From contig JBFXKG010000008.1 in NCBI GenBank assembly GCA_050174015.1, forward strand, positions 1 through 64,000: a DNA stretch of 64,000 nt. The letters run 5' to 3'. The stretch comes from Candidatus Krumholzibacteriia bacterium. GTDB taxonomy: Bacteria; Krumholzibacteriota; Krumholzibacteriia; LZORAL124-64-63. Positions 1 through 11,000 of the stretch are shown here, in pieces; within the stretch, counting starts at the first letter, position 1, and each line of letters begins with the position of its first letter. The position numbers were made by a program, and so were the translations under genes. Below the pieces are notes generated by a model. The model was not told where the DNA came from. It searched no databases and saw only the letters and a program-made list of their open reading frames with translations.

Positions 1-1
1 G

Positions 2-262
2 GGGAGTGCGGAGCGGCTGGTGATCTTCCTGGTGTGGCGGAACTACATGAAGGGGGTCAGCGAGAAGCAGCGGGGGAGCCCCACGCCGGCGATGTTGCGG
101 GGGATGGTGGACCGGGCGTTGCAGGTACCGGAAGTTCTGAGTCGGCGGATCTTCCGGACGTTGGTGGAGTTACCGGACCGGTGGGCGCAGTACTATGATC
201 GGGCGGTGGAAACCCCTGCGCTGGGGAAGCAGAGGCGGCATGAATTGAAGTACGCGTACTAG
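2..262 (+). CDS. 3' end of a gene running in from upstream of the window; function unknown
   Basis: Open frame from base 2 with GC3-rich codons typical of this genome, stop at 260-262. The track ORF 20..262 begins at an internal GTG. Confidence 0.35.
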   Translation, partial: GSAERLVIFLVWRNYMKGVSEKQRGSPTPAMLRGMVDRALQVPEVLSRRIFRTLVELPDRWAQYYDRAVETPALGKQRRHELKYAY

Positions 263-267
263 AGAGG

Positions 268-295
268 AACCCTCTGCCGGCCGACACCGGCAGAG
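268..295. terminator. Perfect 11-bp GC hairpin (CCCTCTGCCGG-N6-CCGGCAGAGGG) between two convergent genes; bidirectional terminator candidate
   Basis: Inverted repeat read directly from the sequence, immediately after both stops, with a UC-rich tail on the minus-strand side. Confidence 0.4.
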
Positions 296-328
296 GGATG
301 ACAGCGGACACAATTTCGACGGCACAAC

Positions 329-814
329 CTACCTGAACAGGGACTTGACGGCGCCGAAGGATTCGCTTTCGGCCTCCACCACGCTATCAAGGGTGAGCTG
401 GCCCCGGATTTCCCCCCCAGGGAACGTGGTGCTGTGGACGTTGGCGTAGATGTTGCCGGCTGCGAGCTCACCGTACTGCACGGCCGTCATGGCCCACACC
501 CCGTTGACGGGAGAACCGAGAGGCAGGCCGAGGACGACCCCGCCGTTGATCCCGCTGGGAGCGTTGTGGAAGTGGGCGCCGGTCTGGGAACCGGTCAGGC
601 CGCTGAAGGACAGGTTCCAGTAGCCCTCGAGGAGATCTGTGTCCACCACGATGCTGGCGGTCCCGGTGGCGGGGGTGGCCACGGGGGGGACTTCCTGGGC
701 GCCGGAAAGTGTCGCAGTGTAGGTCTCCAGGTCGGCGAAGGCGGCATCCTGCAGGGCGGGCCCGAGGGCGAGGATCGCTCCGGAAAGGGCGATGAACTTG
801 AACATGGAACGCAT
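329..814 (-). CDS. Secreted CHRD-domain protein; signal peptide MRSMFKFIALSGAILALGPALQDAAFA; ends ...GAVKSLFR
   Basis: CHRD-like sequence (..HFHNAPSGINGGVV.., ..ANVHSTTFPGGEIRGQL..). AGGAGG RBS 8 nt upstream of the internal ATG (M18 of the track ORF). Confidence 0.8.
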   Translation of the reverse strand: MRSMFKFIALSGAILALGPALQDAAFADLETYTATLSGAQEVPPVATPATGTASIVVDTDLLEGYWNLSFSGLTGSQTGAHFHNAPSGINGGVVLGLPLGSPVNGVWAMTAVQYGELAAGNIYANVHSTTFPGGEIRGQLTLDSVVEAESESFGAVKSLFR

Positions 815-1070
815 GATGATGACCTCCTGGTCTTGGTTGTCCGGTTGGGATTTAAAGTAGACCAAAATTATCCGCTATTGTCCAGACCCATTTCTCCCGT
901 TCCGATGGAGTCCCTGCCGGTGAATAACGGATCAGGGGGCAGGGTAGGACTTGGCATGAGGGGACGGTCGGCGGACGCCGGGGCCGTTTGAGATTGAAAG
1001 CACGGGTTCATGGGGTTACGCTGCAGGAACCGCCTGCGACCGGTCGGGTTCCGCACGCCGAGGAGGGATC

Positions 1071-1649
1071 ATGTTGGAGTGGTATCAGCAACTCGCCCTG
1101 GATCTGCAGATCTTCTACGCCTTCGGCATCCTCGCCACGCTGCTGCTGGTCATCCAGCTGGTCATGACGGTCTTCGGGGCCGGCGACGATGCGGCGCTGG
1201 GGGACTTCGACGGCCTCGACGGGGGAGATCCCGGCCACGGCAGCGGACTAGGGTTGCTGTCGACGCGGACCATCGTGGCGTTCCTGGCCGGGTTCGGCTG
1301 GACGGGTGCCATGGCCCGGGGCGGAGGCATGGCCCTGGTGCCCTCGGTCCTGGTGGCGCTCGCGGTCGGGTTCGTCCTCATGCTGCTGGTCTTCTGGCTG
1401 ATGCGCTGGCTCTTCTCGCTCAGGGAAAGCGGATCGCTGGACTATCGCAATGCGGTCGGGGCCACAGGCAAGGTCTACGTGACCATTCCGGCCGCGGGCG
1501 GGGGGACCGGGCAGATCCAGCTGGTGGTCCAGGGCCGGCTGGCGACGGTGGCGGCGTCCACCCTCCGGAACGAATCCATTCCCAGCGGCCGGCCGGTGAA
1601 GGTCACAGCGCTGCTGGGCGGCAACATTCTCCAGGTCGAAACCATCTGA
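1071..1649 (+). CDS. NfeD-family membrane protein (YuaF/YqiJ-like), partner of flotillin
   Basis: N-terminal TM helices plus a C-terminal OB-fold-like beta region (GKVYVTIPAAG..GQIQLVVQGR). GAGGAGGG RBS. Followed directly by an SPFH gene. Confidence 0.75.
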   Translation: MLEWYQQLALDLQIFYAFGILATLLLVIQLVMTVFGAGDDAALGDFDGLDGGDPGHGSGLGLLSTRTIVAFLAGFGWTGAMARGGGMALVPSVLVALAVGFVLMLLVFWLMRWLFSLRESGSLDYRNAVGATGKVYVTIPAAGGGTGQIQLVVQGRLATVAASTLRNESIPSGRPVKVTALLGGNILQVETI

Positions 1650-1690
1650 CAGGGACCGGACGCCCATCGCGTCCGGAGAGGGGTACTTCC

Positions 1691-3076
1691 ATGGCAGGTT
1701 ATGAATTTCCGGCACTTGTCACCACGGTCATCCTGATCTTCTTCGTGACCCTCATCGGATTCGCCGCGCGCTACAAGCGGTGCCCCTCGGACCGCATCCT
1801 GGTGGTCTACGGCAAGATCGGCGGCAGGGACGCCGGCCTGTCCGCCAAGTGCATCCACGGCGGGGCGACATTCGTCTGGCCGGTGCTGCAGGACTACTCG
1901 TTCCTCGATCTGACCCCCATCCCCATCGACATCAAGCTGGAGGGCGCCCTGTCCCTGCAGAACATCCGGGTCAACACGCCATCGACCTTCACGGTGGGCA
2001 TCGCGACCGAACAGGGGGTCATGCAGAACGCCGCCGAGCGCCTGCTCGGTCTGACCATGCAGCATGTCCAGGATCTGGCGCGGGACATCATCTTCGGCCA
2101 GATGCGCGTGGTCATCGCCACCATGTCCATCGAGGACATCAACGCCGACCGCGAGCAGCTCATCGACAACATCACCAAGGGCGTCGAATCGGAGCTCCAG
2201 AAGGTCGGGCTGCGGCTCATCAACGTGAACATCCAGGACATCACCGACGAGTCCGGCTACATCGAGGCCCTGGGCCAGGAGGCCGCCGCCCGCGCCATCA
2301 ACGACGCCAAGCGGAAGGTCGCCGAGCAGGTCCGCGACGGCGAGATCGGCAAGGCCGAGGCCGAGCGGGAGCAGCGCATCAAGGTCGCCGCGGCCCACGC
2401 CACCGCCGTCGAGGGCGAGAACGTGGCCAAGATCACCATCGCCAACTCGGACGCCGAGCGGCGCGAGCGCCAGGCCGAGGCGGAGCGACGGGCCACCGCC
2501 ACGGAGAAGGTGCAGGCCGCGGCCGCCCTCCAGGAGGCCTACACGGCCGAGGAGCTCGCGGAACGCGAGCGCGCCCGGCGCGAGGAGGCCACCCAGGTCG
2601 CCAACATCGTCGTTCCCGCGGAGATCGAGAAGCGCCGGGTCGAAACCATCGCCGAGGCCGAGGCCGAGCGCATCCGCCGCACCAAGCGCGGCGAGGCCGA
2701 CGGCGTCCTGGCGATGATGACCGCCGAGGCCGACGGTCTCAAGGCCATCCTCACGCGCAAGGCGATGGGTTTCCAGGAGATCGTGAAGTCGGCCGAGGGC
2801 CAGGCGGAACTGGCGGCCCTCCTGCTGATCACCGAGCAGATGCCCAAGCTGATCGAGGAGCAGGTCAAGGCCATCTCGAACCTGAAGATCGACCAGATCA
2901 CCGTCTGGGAAGGCGGGCGCAAGGAGGACGGCCGCACCTCCACCGCCGACTTCCTGTCGGGCATGGTGGGTTCGTTGCCCCCGCTGCATGACCTCACCCG
3001 CAACGTCGGGGTGGATCTGCCAGAGTACCTGGGGCGCCTGAAGGACAAGAAGGACGGGGCGCCGAAGGGGGATTAG
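1691..3076 (+). CDS. Flotillin-like SPFH/band-7 protein (YqiK/FloA-type) with a long coiled-coil EA-rich tail
   Basis: N-terminal TM, SPFH core (..IIFGQMRVVIATMSIEDINADREQL..), AEAE/ERR-rich coiled coil. Start is M228 of track ORF 1010..3076; the upstream part of that ORF is GC-junk. Confidence 0.85.
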   Translation: MAGYEFPALVTTVILIFFVTLIGFAARYKRCPSDRILVVYGKIGGRDAGLSAKCIHGGATFVWPVLQDYSFLDLTPIPIDIKLEGALSLQNIRVNTPSTFTVGIATEQGVMQNAAERLLGLTMQHVQDLARDIIFGQMRVVIATMSIEDINADREQLIDNITKGVESELQKVGLRLINVNIQDITDESGYIEALGQEAAARAINDAKRKVAEQVRDGEIGKAEAEREQRIKVAAAHATAVEGENVAKITIANSDAERRERQAEAERRATATEKVQAAAALQEAYTAEELAERERARREEATQVANIVVPAEIEKRRVETIAEAEAERIRRTKRGEADGVLAMMTAEADGLKAILTRKAMGFQEIVKSAEGQAELAALLLITEQMPKLIEEQVKAISNLKIDQITVWEGGRKEDGRTSTADFLSGMVGSLPPLHDLTRNVGVDLPEYLGRLKDKKDGAPKGD

Positions 3077-3123
3077 GGACGGGCGTTCCGACCGTGGTCT
3101 TCACTCACCGCCCACCAGGGCGA

Positions 3124-3145
3124 CGGCCGGGGAATTCCCCGGCCG
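3124..3145. terminator. Perfect palindrome GGCCGGGGAATTCCCCGGCC between convergent flotillin and MgtC genes
   Basis: 8-bp stem with AATT loop read from the sequence. No strong U-tract, which is a common style for high-GC genomes. Confidence 0.4.
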
Positions 3146-3153
3146 TTCCCTTA

Positions 3154-3849
3154 TCAGGACCGGCTCCAGCGCACCTGCTTGAGCCTGATGCCCGAGGTCT
3201 CGAGCGACGAGATGATGCCGTGGGCCAGCTTGTCGGTGATGCCCTTGTGGTAGAGCCTGATGGTCAGGCGGGTTTCGGCAGAGGCCTTGTCGAAATCCCT
3301 GTCGATGTCGCAGTTGAGGATCACCATGTTGGGCCGCATGACCGCCTCGATGACCTCGGAGGCGCTGACTTCGATGGGGGTCACCACCGAGAGGGTCCGG
3401 TAGGAGTCCTTGGCGTAGGTGCGCTCGAAGATTTTCAGGAGAATCAGGCCGGCCAGGGCGACCAGGGTGGTGAAACCGGCGATGAAGTAGAACCCTGCCC
3501 CCACCGCCATCCCGATGGCCGCCGCAGCCCACAGGCAGGCGGCCGTGGTGAGGCCGCGCACGTTGTTGCCCGACTTGAGGATGACGCCCGCCCCCAGGAA
3601 CCCGATGCCCGTGACGATCTGGGCGGCGATGCGGCCCGGGTCCGCCGCGAATCCGGCCCCCTGGGTGCGGTGGGCGATCTCCGCCGACAGGATCGTGAAG
3701 ACCGCCGAGCCCATGCTGACCAGCAGGTGGGTCCGCAGGCCGGCCGCGCGGCCGTGCTTGTCGCGCTCGAGTCCGATGAGTCCGCCGAGAAGAGCGGCCA
3801 CGAGGATCCTGATCACGATTTCAGGGTTGTTCTGGAAGATTTCCGCCAT
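3154..3849 (-). CDS. MgtC/SapB-family membrane protein
   Basis: MgtC signature region (..LVAALLGGLIGLERDKHGRAAGLRTH..), 4-5 TM helices, C-terminal ACT-like domain. Start is M15 of the track ORF. Confidence 0.8.
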   Translation of the reverse strand: MAEIFQNNPEIVIRILVAALLGGLIGLERDKHGRAAGLRTHLLVSMGSAVFTILSAEIAHRTQGAGFAADPGRIAAQIVTGIGFLGAGVILKSGNNVRGLTTAACLWAAAAIGMAVGAGFYFIAGFTTLVALAGLILLKIFERTYAKDSYRTLSVVTPIEVSASEVIEAVMRPNMVILNCDIDRDFDKASAETRLTIRLYHKGITDKLAHGIISSLETSGIRLKQVRWSRS

Positions 3850-3982
3850 GGGATTCTCCGTCGGGGTGATTGATCCGAATGGGACCGCCATTGCAGCCGC
3901 CGCCTGGGGGCGTTACCATGCCGGACGATATTGAGCATCAGACCTGCCATCGGCAAGGAAATCTCCCCGTCCGGAGGAAAAT

Positions 3983-4513
3983 ATGCGCCAGACGATTCTC
4001 CTGTTGCTGGTACTCCCGTCCCTGACGGCGTTCCAGCCGGCCGCCCATGCCGAGGTGCTCGACGCCGCAGCGAACGGCTTCACGACTCGCACCATCGTGA
4101 CCATCGCCGCAACGCCCGAAGCGGCCTGGGAGGCCCTGACCGCAGGGTTCGGGCAGTGGTGGGATCCGGCCCATTCCTTCTTCGGGGACGCCGGGAAGTT
4201 CACGCTCGATCCCTCCGTGGGCGGAGCCTGGATCGAGGACCAGGGGGACGGCCGCTGGGTCCGCCACCTGGAGGTCTGGAACGCCGTTCCGGGCCGCAAG
4301 CTCCTGATGCGCGGGGGCCTCGGTCCCCTGCAGGAGATGGGGGTGGCCGGGGCCCTGTCCTTCACCTTCGAACCGGTGGAGGGGGGCGTCGAGGTCGCCC
4401 TGACATACGCCGTGGGCGGTTACCATCCGCAAGGGCTGGACGTCCTGGCTCCGATCGTGGACCGGGTGCTCGGGGAACAACTGGAGCGGTTCAAGCAGTA
4501 CTGCGAGAAGTAG
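3983..4513 (+). CDS. Secreted SRPBCC-superfamily protein (Aha1/polyketide-cyclase-like fold)
   Basis: Signal peptide MRQTILLLLVLPSLTAFQPAAHA, GGAGGAAAAT RBS. Family assignment is by overall sequence style only. Confidence 0.55.
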   Translation: MRQTILLLLVLPSLTAFQPAAHAEVLDAAANGFTTRTIVTIAATPEAAWEALTAGFGQWWDPAHSFFGDAGKFTLDPSVGGAWIEDQGDGRWVRHLEVWNAVPGRKLLMRGGLGPLQEMGVAGALSFTFEPVEGGVEVALTYAVGGYHPQGLDVLAPIVDRVLGEQLERFKQYCEK

Positions 4514-4530
4514 GTAAGACCGCTTGGTGC

Positions 4531-4568
4531 GCGACAAGGCCCTGGGACAGGTCCCGGGGTCTTGTCGC
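4531..4568 (+). terminator. Long imperfect GC hairpin (GCGACAAG...CTTGTCGC with an inner GGGAC/GTCCC stem) 18 nt after the stop
   Basis: Read from the sequence. A second short hairpin followed by a T7 run lies at about 4579-4618. Confidence 0.4.
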
Positions 4569-4784
4569 ATCAAGTGATGGGAGTGGAATGAACATCTCCC
4601 ACCCCATCCGGTTTTTTTGATGGCGGAAAGGGCTGTATCCGGACCCGATAATAATTGTTTGTGATTGAACGACTTGTGGTCTTTTTGTTTTGAGTCACAC
4701 CCCCGTAACTCCCGCGTAACGCCCCTCCTGCACATTCCCCCCTGCGAGATGACTCAGCCGTTCAACCGAGAAAGGAAGGCGCCC

Positions 4785-5036
4785 ATGACGACCTACGTCG
4801 TCCGCTTCCCGGGCGGTCCGGACCAGGGTTTCAAGGGGATCGTCAGGCACGTCGCCTCGGGCGAGGAGTGCCGCTTCGGTTCCCCCGAGGATCTGGTCCG
4901 GTTCATGACCGGGATGAACGCCGTGGGCGGCTGGGAGGCGCGCCGGTCCGTCCTCGAGGACGACCTCGAGGGGCCCGGGCCCTTGACGATGGAGGGGAAC
5001 CGGAAGGGAGCCGCCGACGCGGATCCGAAGCCATGA
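4785..5036 (+). CDS. Small hypothetical protein (83 aa) immediately upstream of the giant T9SS cargo gene
   Basis: AAGGAAGG RBS 5 nt before the ATG. GC3-rich. No recognisable domain. Confidence 0.5.
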   Translation: MTTYVVRFPGGPDQGFKGIVRHVASGEECRFGSPEDLVRFMTGMNAVGGWEARRSVLEDDLEGPGPLTMEGNRKGAADADPKP

Positions 5037-5055
5037 TCCAAGACTGGGGGATGAA

Positions 5056-8000
5056 ATGAAACGATTGTTCTTCGCACTGCTGCTGGGGCTCGTCTGCCCC
5101 GGCGCGCTTCTGGCCGCCGACCGCATCGAGGTCTACCCGGTGCTGGATCCAGCGGCGGTCAAGGCCATGCCGGAGCACCACGGCCTGGTCCGGGGCTCCC
5201 ACGACGTGGAACTGGCCTGGGCCCGGGTCGATCTTCCAGATGTCGCGGGCTTCCGAATTCTCGGTGCCCGTGCGGATGCGCCCGACGGCAAGGATGCCTT
5301 GCTGGCCGAGGTGACCGGACCGGACGCCGTTTCCGCCAGGATCGGGGGATTGATGGTGGGGACGGCGTACCGGTTCACCGTCGCGGCCGTGGACGGGGAC
5401 GGGACGGTCCTGGCCGTCTCCGATCCGGTCGTGGGCATCACGGCGGCCAACGCCTATCCCTGGGCGGACGACCTCGAGGGGACGCTGGACGACTGGGACA
5501 CCGCCGGCAGCCAGTGGGCGCTGACCGACAGCTGGTCCAGCAGCCCCACCCACAGCTTCACCGACTCTCCCGACAGCAACTACCAGAACGCGACGGGCCG
5601 GAAGCTCGTGACCGCGGTCAACCTGATGACCGCGCAGAAACCCGTCCTGGTTTTCAAGCAGTTCTACAACATCCTGACCGACGGGGACGCCGGCCTGGTC
5701 GAGGTGAGCACCGACGCGGGGTCCAACTGGGCCGTGGTCGGCGCGGTTACCGGTTCGAGCGGCGGCTGGCTCACCGAGCGCATCGACCTGAGCCCCTACC
5801 GCGGCAACTTGAACCTGCAGATCCGCTGGCGGCTCCTCACCGGAACAAGCGGCGTGAGCGACGGCTGGTACGTCGACGACGTGTCGGTGGCCGAGACGCC
5901 GTACCCGGTTCTGAGCCTGCCGGTCTACGACAACGTCAACAACGCCGCCCATTCGGATTCACTGTGGTTCGATGCGGCGTGGCAGCGCCGCACCGGTGGC
6001 AGCGACCCGGGCTACTGCTTCGACGACAGCCCGTGGACGCCGATTTCGGATTATCTGACTTCGAAGCTGACCCTGGTCAACGACGTGGATCTCTCGTCGG
6101 CCACCCACCCCTGGCTGGTGTTCCAGCACAAGGTCGATTTGGCCTTCCAGAATTTCGCGAAGGTCGAGGCCTCGATCGACGGCGGGGCGAACTGGTCGGT
6201 CCTGAGGACCTGGACCGGTCCGGTCGCGGTGGCCGACTGGACCCAGGTGGTCGTCGATCTCTCGGCGTATGCCGGGGGGTACCTGCGTCTGCGGTTCCAC
6301 CTGCAGAACCAGGGCGTCAACGACGGCGGCGGCTGGGAGCTGGACAAGATCCAGATCCAGGACGTGCCCGAAACGCTGGCCCTCAGCCTCACGGCCAACA
6401 ACTCCACGCGGGCCGACTTGGGCTGGACAGCATACTCGGGGGGCGACTTCGGTTCCTACGAGGTCTACCGCTCGACCACCGGCGACTTCCTGCTGGACAA
6501 GGATCTGGTCGGGACCATCACCGCCTCGGGGACGACCATCCTGCAGGATCCGGTGGATGCGGGCACCGCGTACTATTACCAGGTCTTCGTCGCCAACACG
6601 GAGGGACGGTATCTGGGCCGCTCGCAGATCCTCCACCGGCCGGCCTTCGCCCTGCCGGTGTCGGCTTATCCCTATGTCACCGACCTGGAATCGGGCGGCA
6701 GCGAGTTCATGCCGGGAGGGACCTGGGCGCTGACAACCGAGACGGCCAACAGCGGAGCCACCAGCTGGTCGGACAGTCCCGGGGGAAACTACGCCAACGG
6801 AACGCAGCATGCCCTGACCCTGCAGGTGGATCTGGCGGGCGGGGCTGCGACCAGACCGGCTCTGGCCTTCTGGCATCAGTACGGGTTCGAGAGCAACGCA
6901 GATTTCGGCTACTTGGACGTGTCCACCGACGGCGGGGCCACGTTCGTCCCAATCTACGTGGTGACCGGGACCTCGGGCGGCTGGGAACAGGCCGATATGG
7001 ACCTGACGTCCTACCGGGGCCAAGTCCTGCAGGTCCGCTGGCGGGTGGCGACCAGCGGTAGCGGCCAGGCCGACGGCTGGCACGTGGACGACATCGTCCT
7101 GGCGGAGAACATGGAGTCCTCGCCGGTCTACCCGCTGGTGGACGACTTCAACGACACTGCGGTGACGCAGGCCCGCTGGCTCGCCGGATCCTTCGACCTG
7201 GTGACGCCCAGCGACAACGGAACGGCCTACTGGACCAACCGGCCGGCAGGAGGGCTCGCCGACCTGTACCCGGGCGCCACGTCCCTGGTCCTGGGCCGGC
7301 CGCTGGACCTTTCCGGCGCGGTGGAACCGCAGCTGCGCTTCCGCTACCGGGCCTTCGACAACCCCTACAACACGGTGGAGACCTACCTCCAGGCCTCGAC
7401 CGACGAGGGGAACACCTGGACTACGCTGCTACGGCTCGGCGACAGCACGTCCTGGACCACGGCCCAGGTGAGCATGGACACCTACGGGGGGGCGCCCTCG
7501 GTGCTGCTGCGCTTCCATTCCTACGACTACGAGAACGGCGGGGCGAGCCCCTGGTGCGACATCGAGGACTTTAGCCTCACGGACCAGCCGCAGGACGTGA
7601 CGATCAGCCTGGCGGACAACCAGCCCTACGAGGCCACCCTGGGCTGGGACGCCACCGCAGATCCCGACTTCGCCCGTTACGTGATCAAGTACGGGACCAG
7701 CCCGAACCTCACGGTGACCTCCAACACCCTGACCGAGATCACGGCGGCCGGCACGACGAGCTACGTCCACTCCGGCCTGTCCCCGTACGACGTGTACTAC
7801 TACAAGGTCTTCGTCTACGACACGCAGGGAGTGTCCAGCGACGGTTCCAACGAGATCACCCGGCCGGTGCTCGAACCTGTCCTGCTGTCGTATCCCTTCA
7901 ACGACGATCTCGAGGGAGGCGCGGGCAACTTCCTGGCCGACCTGCCCTGGGCCCCGTCCACCGAGACGGCTCACAGCGGCAGCTGGAGCTGGTCCGACAG

Positions 8001-11000
8001 TCCGGGCGCCAACTACGCCAATTCGCTGACCAGCTCGTTCGTCTTCGAGGTGGATCTGGACGGCGGCGCGGCCGTCCGGCCCGAACTCTCGTTCTGGCAC
8101 CAGTACGGGCTGCAGACAGGGGCGGACTACGGATTCGTGGACGTCTCCACCGACGGCGGCGCCAGCTACGCGCCGGTCTACTACGTCACCGGCACCAGCG
8201 GCCAGTGGCGGCATGCGCGCATCGACCTGACCGACTACCGCGGCCAGATCCTGACCGTGCGGTTCCGTCTCAAGACCGACGCCAGCGTCCAGGACGACGG
8301 CTGGCACGTCGACGACATCGCCCTCGGGGAGAGCGTCCTGCCGGATCCGGGCTACCCCTTCTTCGAGGACTTCGACGACAGCCTGGCCGTGATGGCCCAA
8401 TGGGTGCCGGGCGGGTTCGGCCTGAAGGGGCCGGGCCGCGACGGGTCGCCCTACGTGACCAACCGCCCCTCGGGGTATCTGCCGGATTACTACCCCGGCG
8501 CCACGATCCTGGGGCTGGGCGGGGACCTGGACCTGTCGGCAGCCGTGCATCCGCAGGCACACCTGTGGTATCGCGGCTACGACAACCCCTACAACAGCGC
8601 CCAGACCTACCTGCAGATCTCCCAGGACGGCGGGGAGACCTGGACCACCCTGCGCCATTTCGGTCTGAACGATGCCTGGACGGAGGCCCAGATCGACCTG
8701 GCCGCCTATGCCAGTCCCGTGCCTGTCCAGCTTCGCCTGTACGCCTACGACGGGGAATCGGGCGGGTCCCAGCCCTACTTCGACGTGGACGACTTCACCA
8801 TCACCGAGACGCCCGCGGACGTGACCGTGACGCTGACGGACAACCAGGCGTACCAGGCGACGTTTTCGTGGACGTCCGCACCCGCTCCTGGATTCGGCAG
8901 CTACATCCTGAAGTACGGCAGTTCGCCGAACCTGACCCTGTCGTCGGCCACCCTGGCCACGCTCACGGGAGCCGCGGACACCACGTTCACCCACACGGGG
9001 CTGTCGCCCTACGACACCTTCTACTACAAGGTGTTCGTGAAGGACGCCGTGGGCCTGTTGAGCGGCGGCTCCAACGAGATCGCCCGCACGCCCCTGCAAC
9101 CGCCCCTCCTCGCCTACCCCTTCGACGACGACATGGAATCCGGTGGAGACAACTTCCTGACCGAGTCGCCCTGGGCCGTGACCGCGGAGACCGCGCACGG
9201 CGGGGTGTGGAGCTGGTCCGACAGTCCCGGCGGGAACTACGCCAACAACACCAATAGCTCGCTGGTCATGCGCGTCGACCTGGGCGCGGGCGGGGCGTTC
9301 AGGCCGGTGCTGGCCTTCTGGCACCGGTACGGGTTCGAGACCAACGCCGATTTCGGCTACGTGGACGTCTCCACCGATGGCGGCGCGAGCTGGATCCCGG
9401 TCTATTCGGTGACCGGCAGCTGTGGATCCTGGCAGAAGGCCGAGGTGGACCTGACCTCCTACCGCGGCCAGGTCCTTCAGCTGCGGTTCCGCATGAAGAC
9501 CGGAAGCAGCGGCCAGGCCGACGGCTGGCACATCGACGACATCGCCCTCGGCGAGGTGCTGCCCGCGCCGGTGGCCTACCCGTTCCACGACGCCATGAAC
9601 GATTCGGCGGTGACGCGGGCCAACTGGATCCCCGGCGGATTCGTCTGGACGGCCCCCAGCGGGGACGGCACGTCCTACTGGAGCAACCGGGCGACGGGCG
9701 CCCTCCCCGATCTGTATCCCGGCGGGACGATCATGGCACTGCGCGGCAGCCTGATGCTGGCCGGCGCCGTGCATCCCCAGCTGTCGTTCCGTTATCGCGG
9801 CTACGACAGTCCCTACAACAGCGCCAACAACGACGTCCAGGTCTCCCAGGACGGCGGCGCCAACTGGATCACGGTGAAGCAGCTGGGCAACGCCGCGGAC
9901 TGGACCTACCAGCAGGTCGACCTGACGGGCTACGTCGGGATGGTGCCCACCCTGCTGCGCTTCTCCAGCTACGACGGCGAAAGCGGGGGTTCGAACCCCT
10001 ACCTCGACCTCGACGATGTCGGGGTCTCGGAGAAGCCGGGGGACGTCACCCTCGCGGTCACCGACAACCAGGAGTACCAGGCGACACTGACGTGGACCAC
10101 GCCGGCGGTTCCCGGCGGGTTTGCTGGCTACGAGATCAAGCGGAGCGCCACGGCGGGGATCACCTCGGCGACCACGACCCTGGCGGTGATCACCGATCCG
10201 GCCGACACGACCTTCACCGACACCGGGCTGTCGCCCAACCAGAACTTCTACTACAAGGTCTTCGTGCGCGATGCGGTGGGCCTGATCAGCGACGGGTCGA
10301 ACGAAGTGGCTCGTCTCAACCTGGCGCCGCCGTTGCTGGCCTATCCGTTCAGCGACGACCTCGAGGGCGGCGACGGCAACTTCCTGCCCGAGCTGCCCTG
10401 GGAGCTGACGGACGAATCGGCTCACAGCGGTTCGTACAGCTGGTCGGACAGCCCGCACGACAACTACGCCAACAGCCTGAGCTTGTCGCTCGGCTTGCGG
10501 GTGGACATGTCCGGCGGCGCGGCCCAGTACCCCGAGCTTTCGTTCTGGCACCTGTACGGCTTCCAGACCAACGCCGACTGGGGCCGCATCGAGGTGTCCA
10601 CGGACGCCGGCGTGAGCTGGTCCGCGATCTCCTACGTGACCGGATCCAGCGGCGTGTGGAAGAAGGAGCGCGTCGACCTGACGCCGTACCGCGGCAACGT
10701 CCTGTGGCTGAGGTTCCGGCTGAGCAGCGACGGCAGCGGCCAGGCCGACGGCTGGCACGTCGATGACGTGACCATCGCCGAGCGCACGGATGCTGCGCCG
10801 GTTTTCCCGTTCTACGCGACCTTCGACGACAGCGCGGCCACGGCGGCCCAGTGGCTCACAGGAGGTTTCGAGCGGATCTCCCCGAGCGACAACGGATCGG
10901 CCTACCTGAGCGACCAGCCGACCGGGGCGTGCCTCAACTTCTATCCGGGATCCACGGACCTGGCTCTGGGAGGAGAGCTCGATCTGACCGGATCGGCGAA

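Noticed and set aside
1475-2989. 504-aa minus-strand ORF opposite flotillin, and ORFs 1780..2991 and 1010..1690 (the N-terminal extension of the flotillin ORF)
   Set aside because: They overlap a confidently identified SPFH gene, their translations are Arg/Gly-rich junk, and the flotillin has a clear ATG at 1691 after the NfeD stop.
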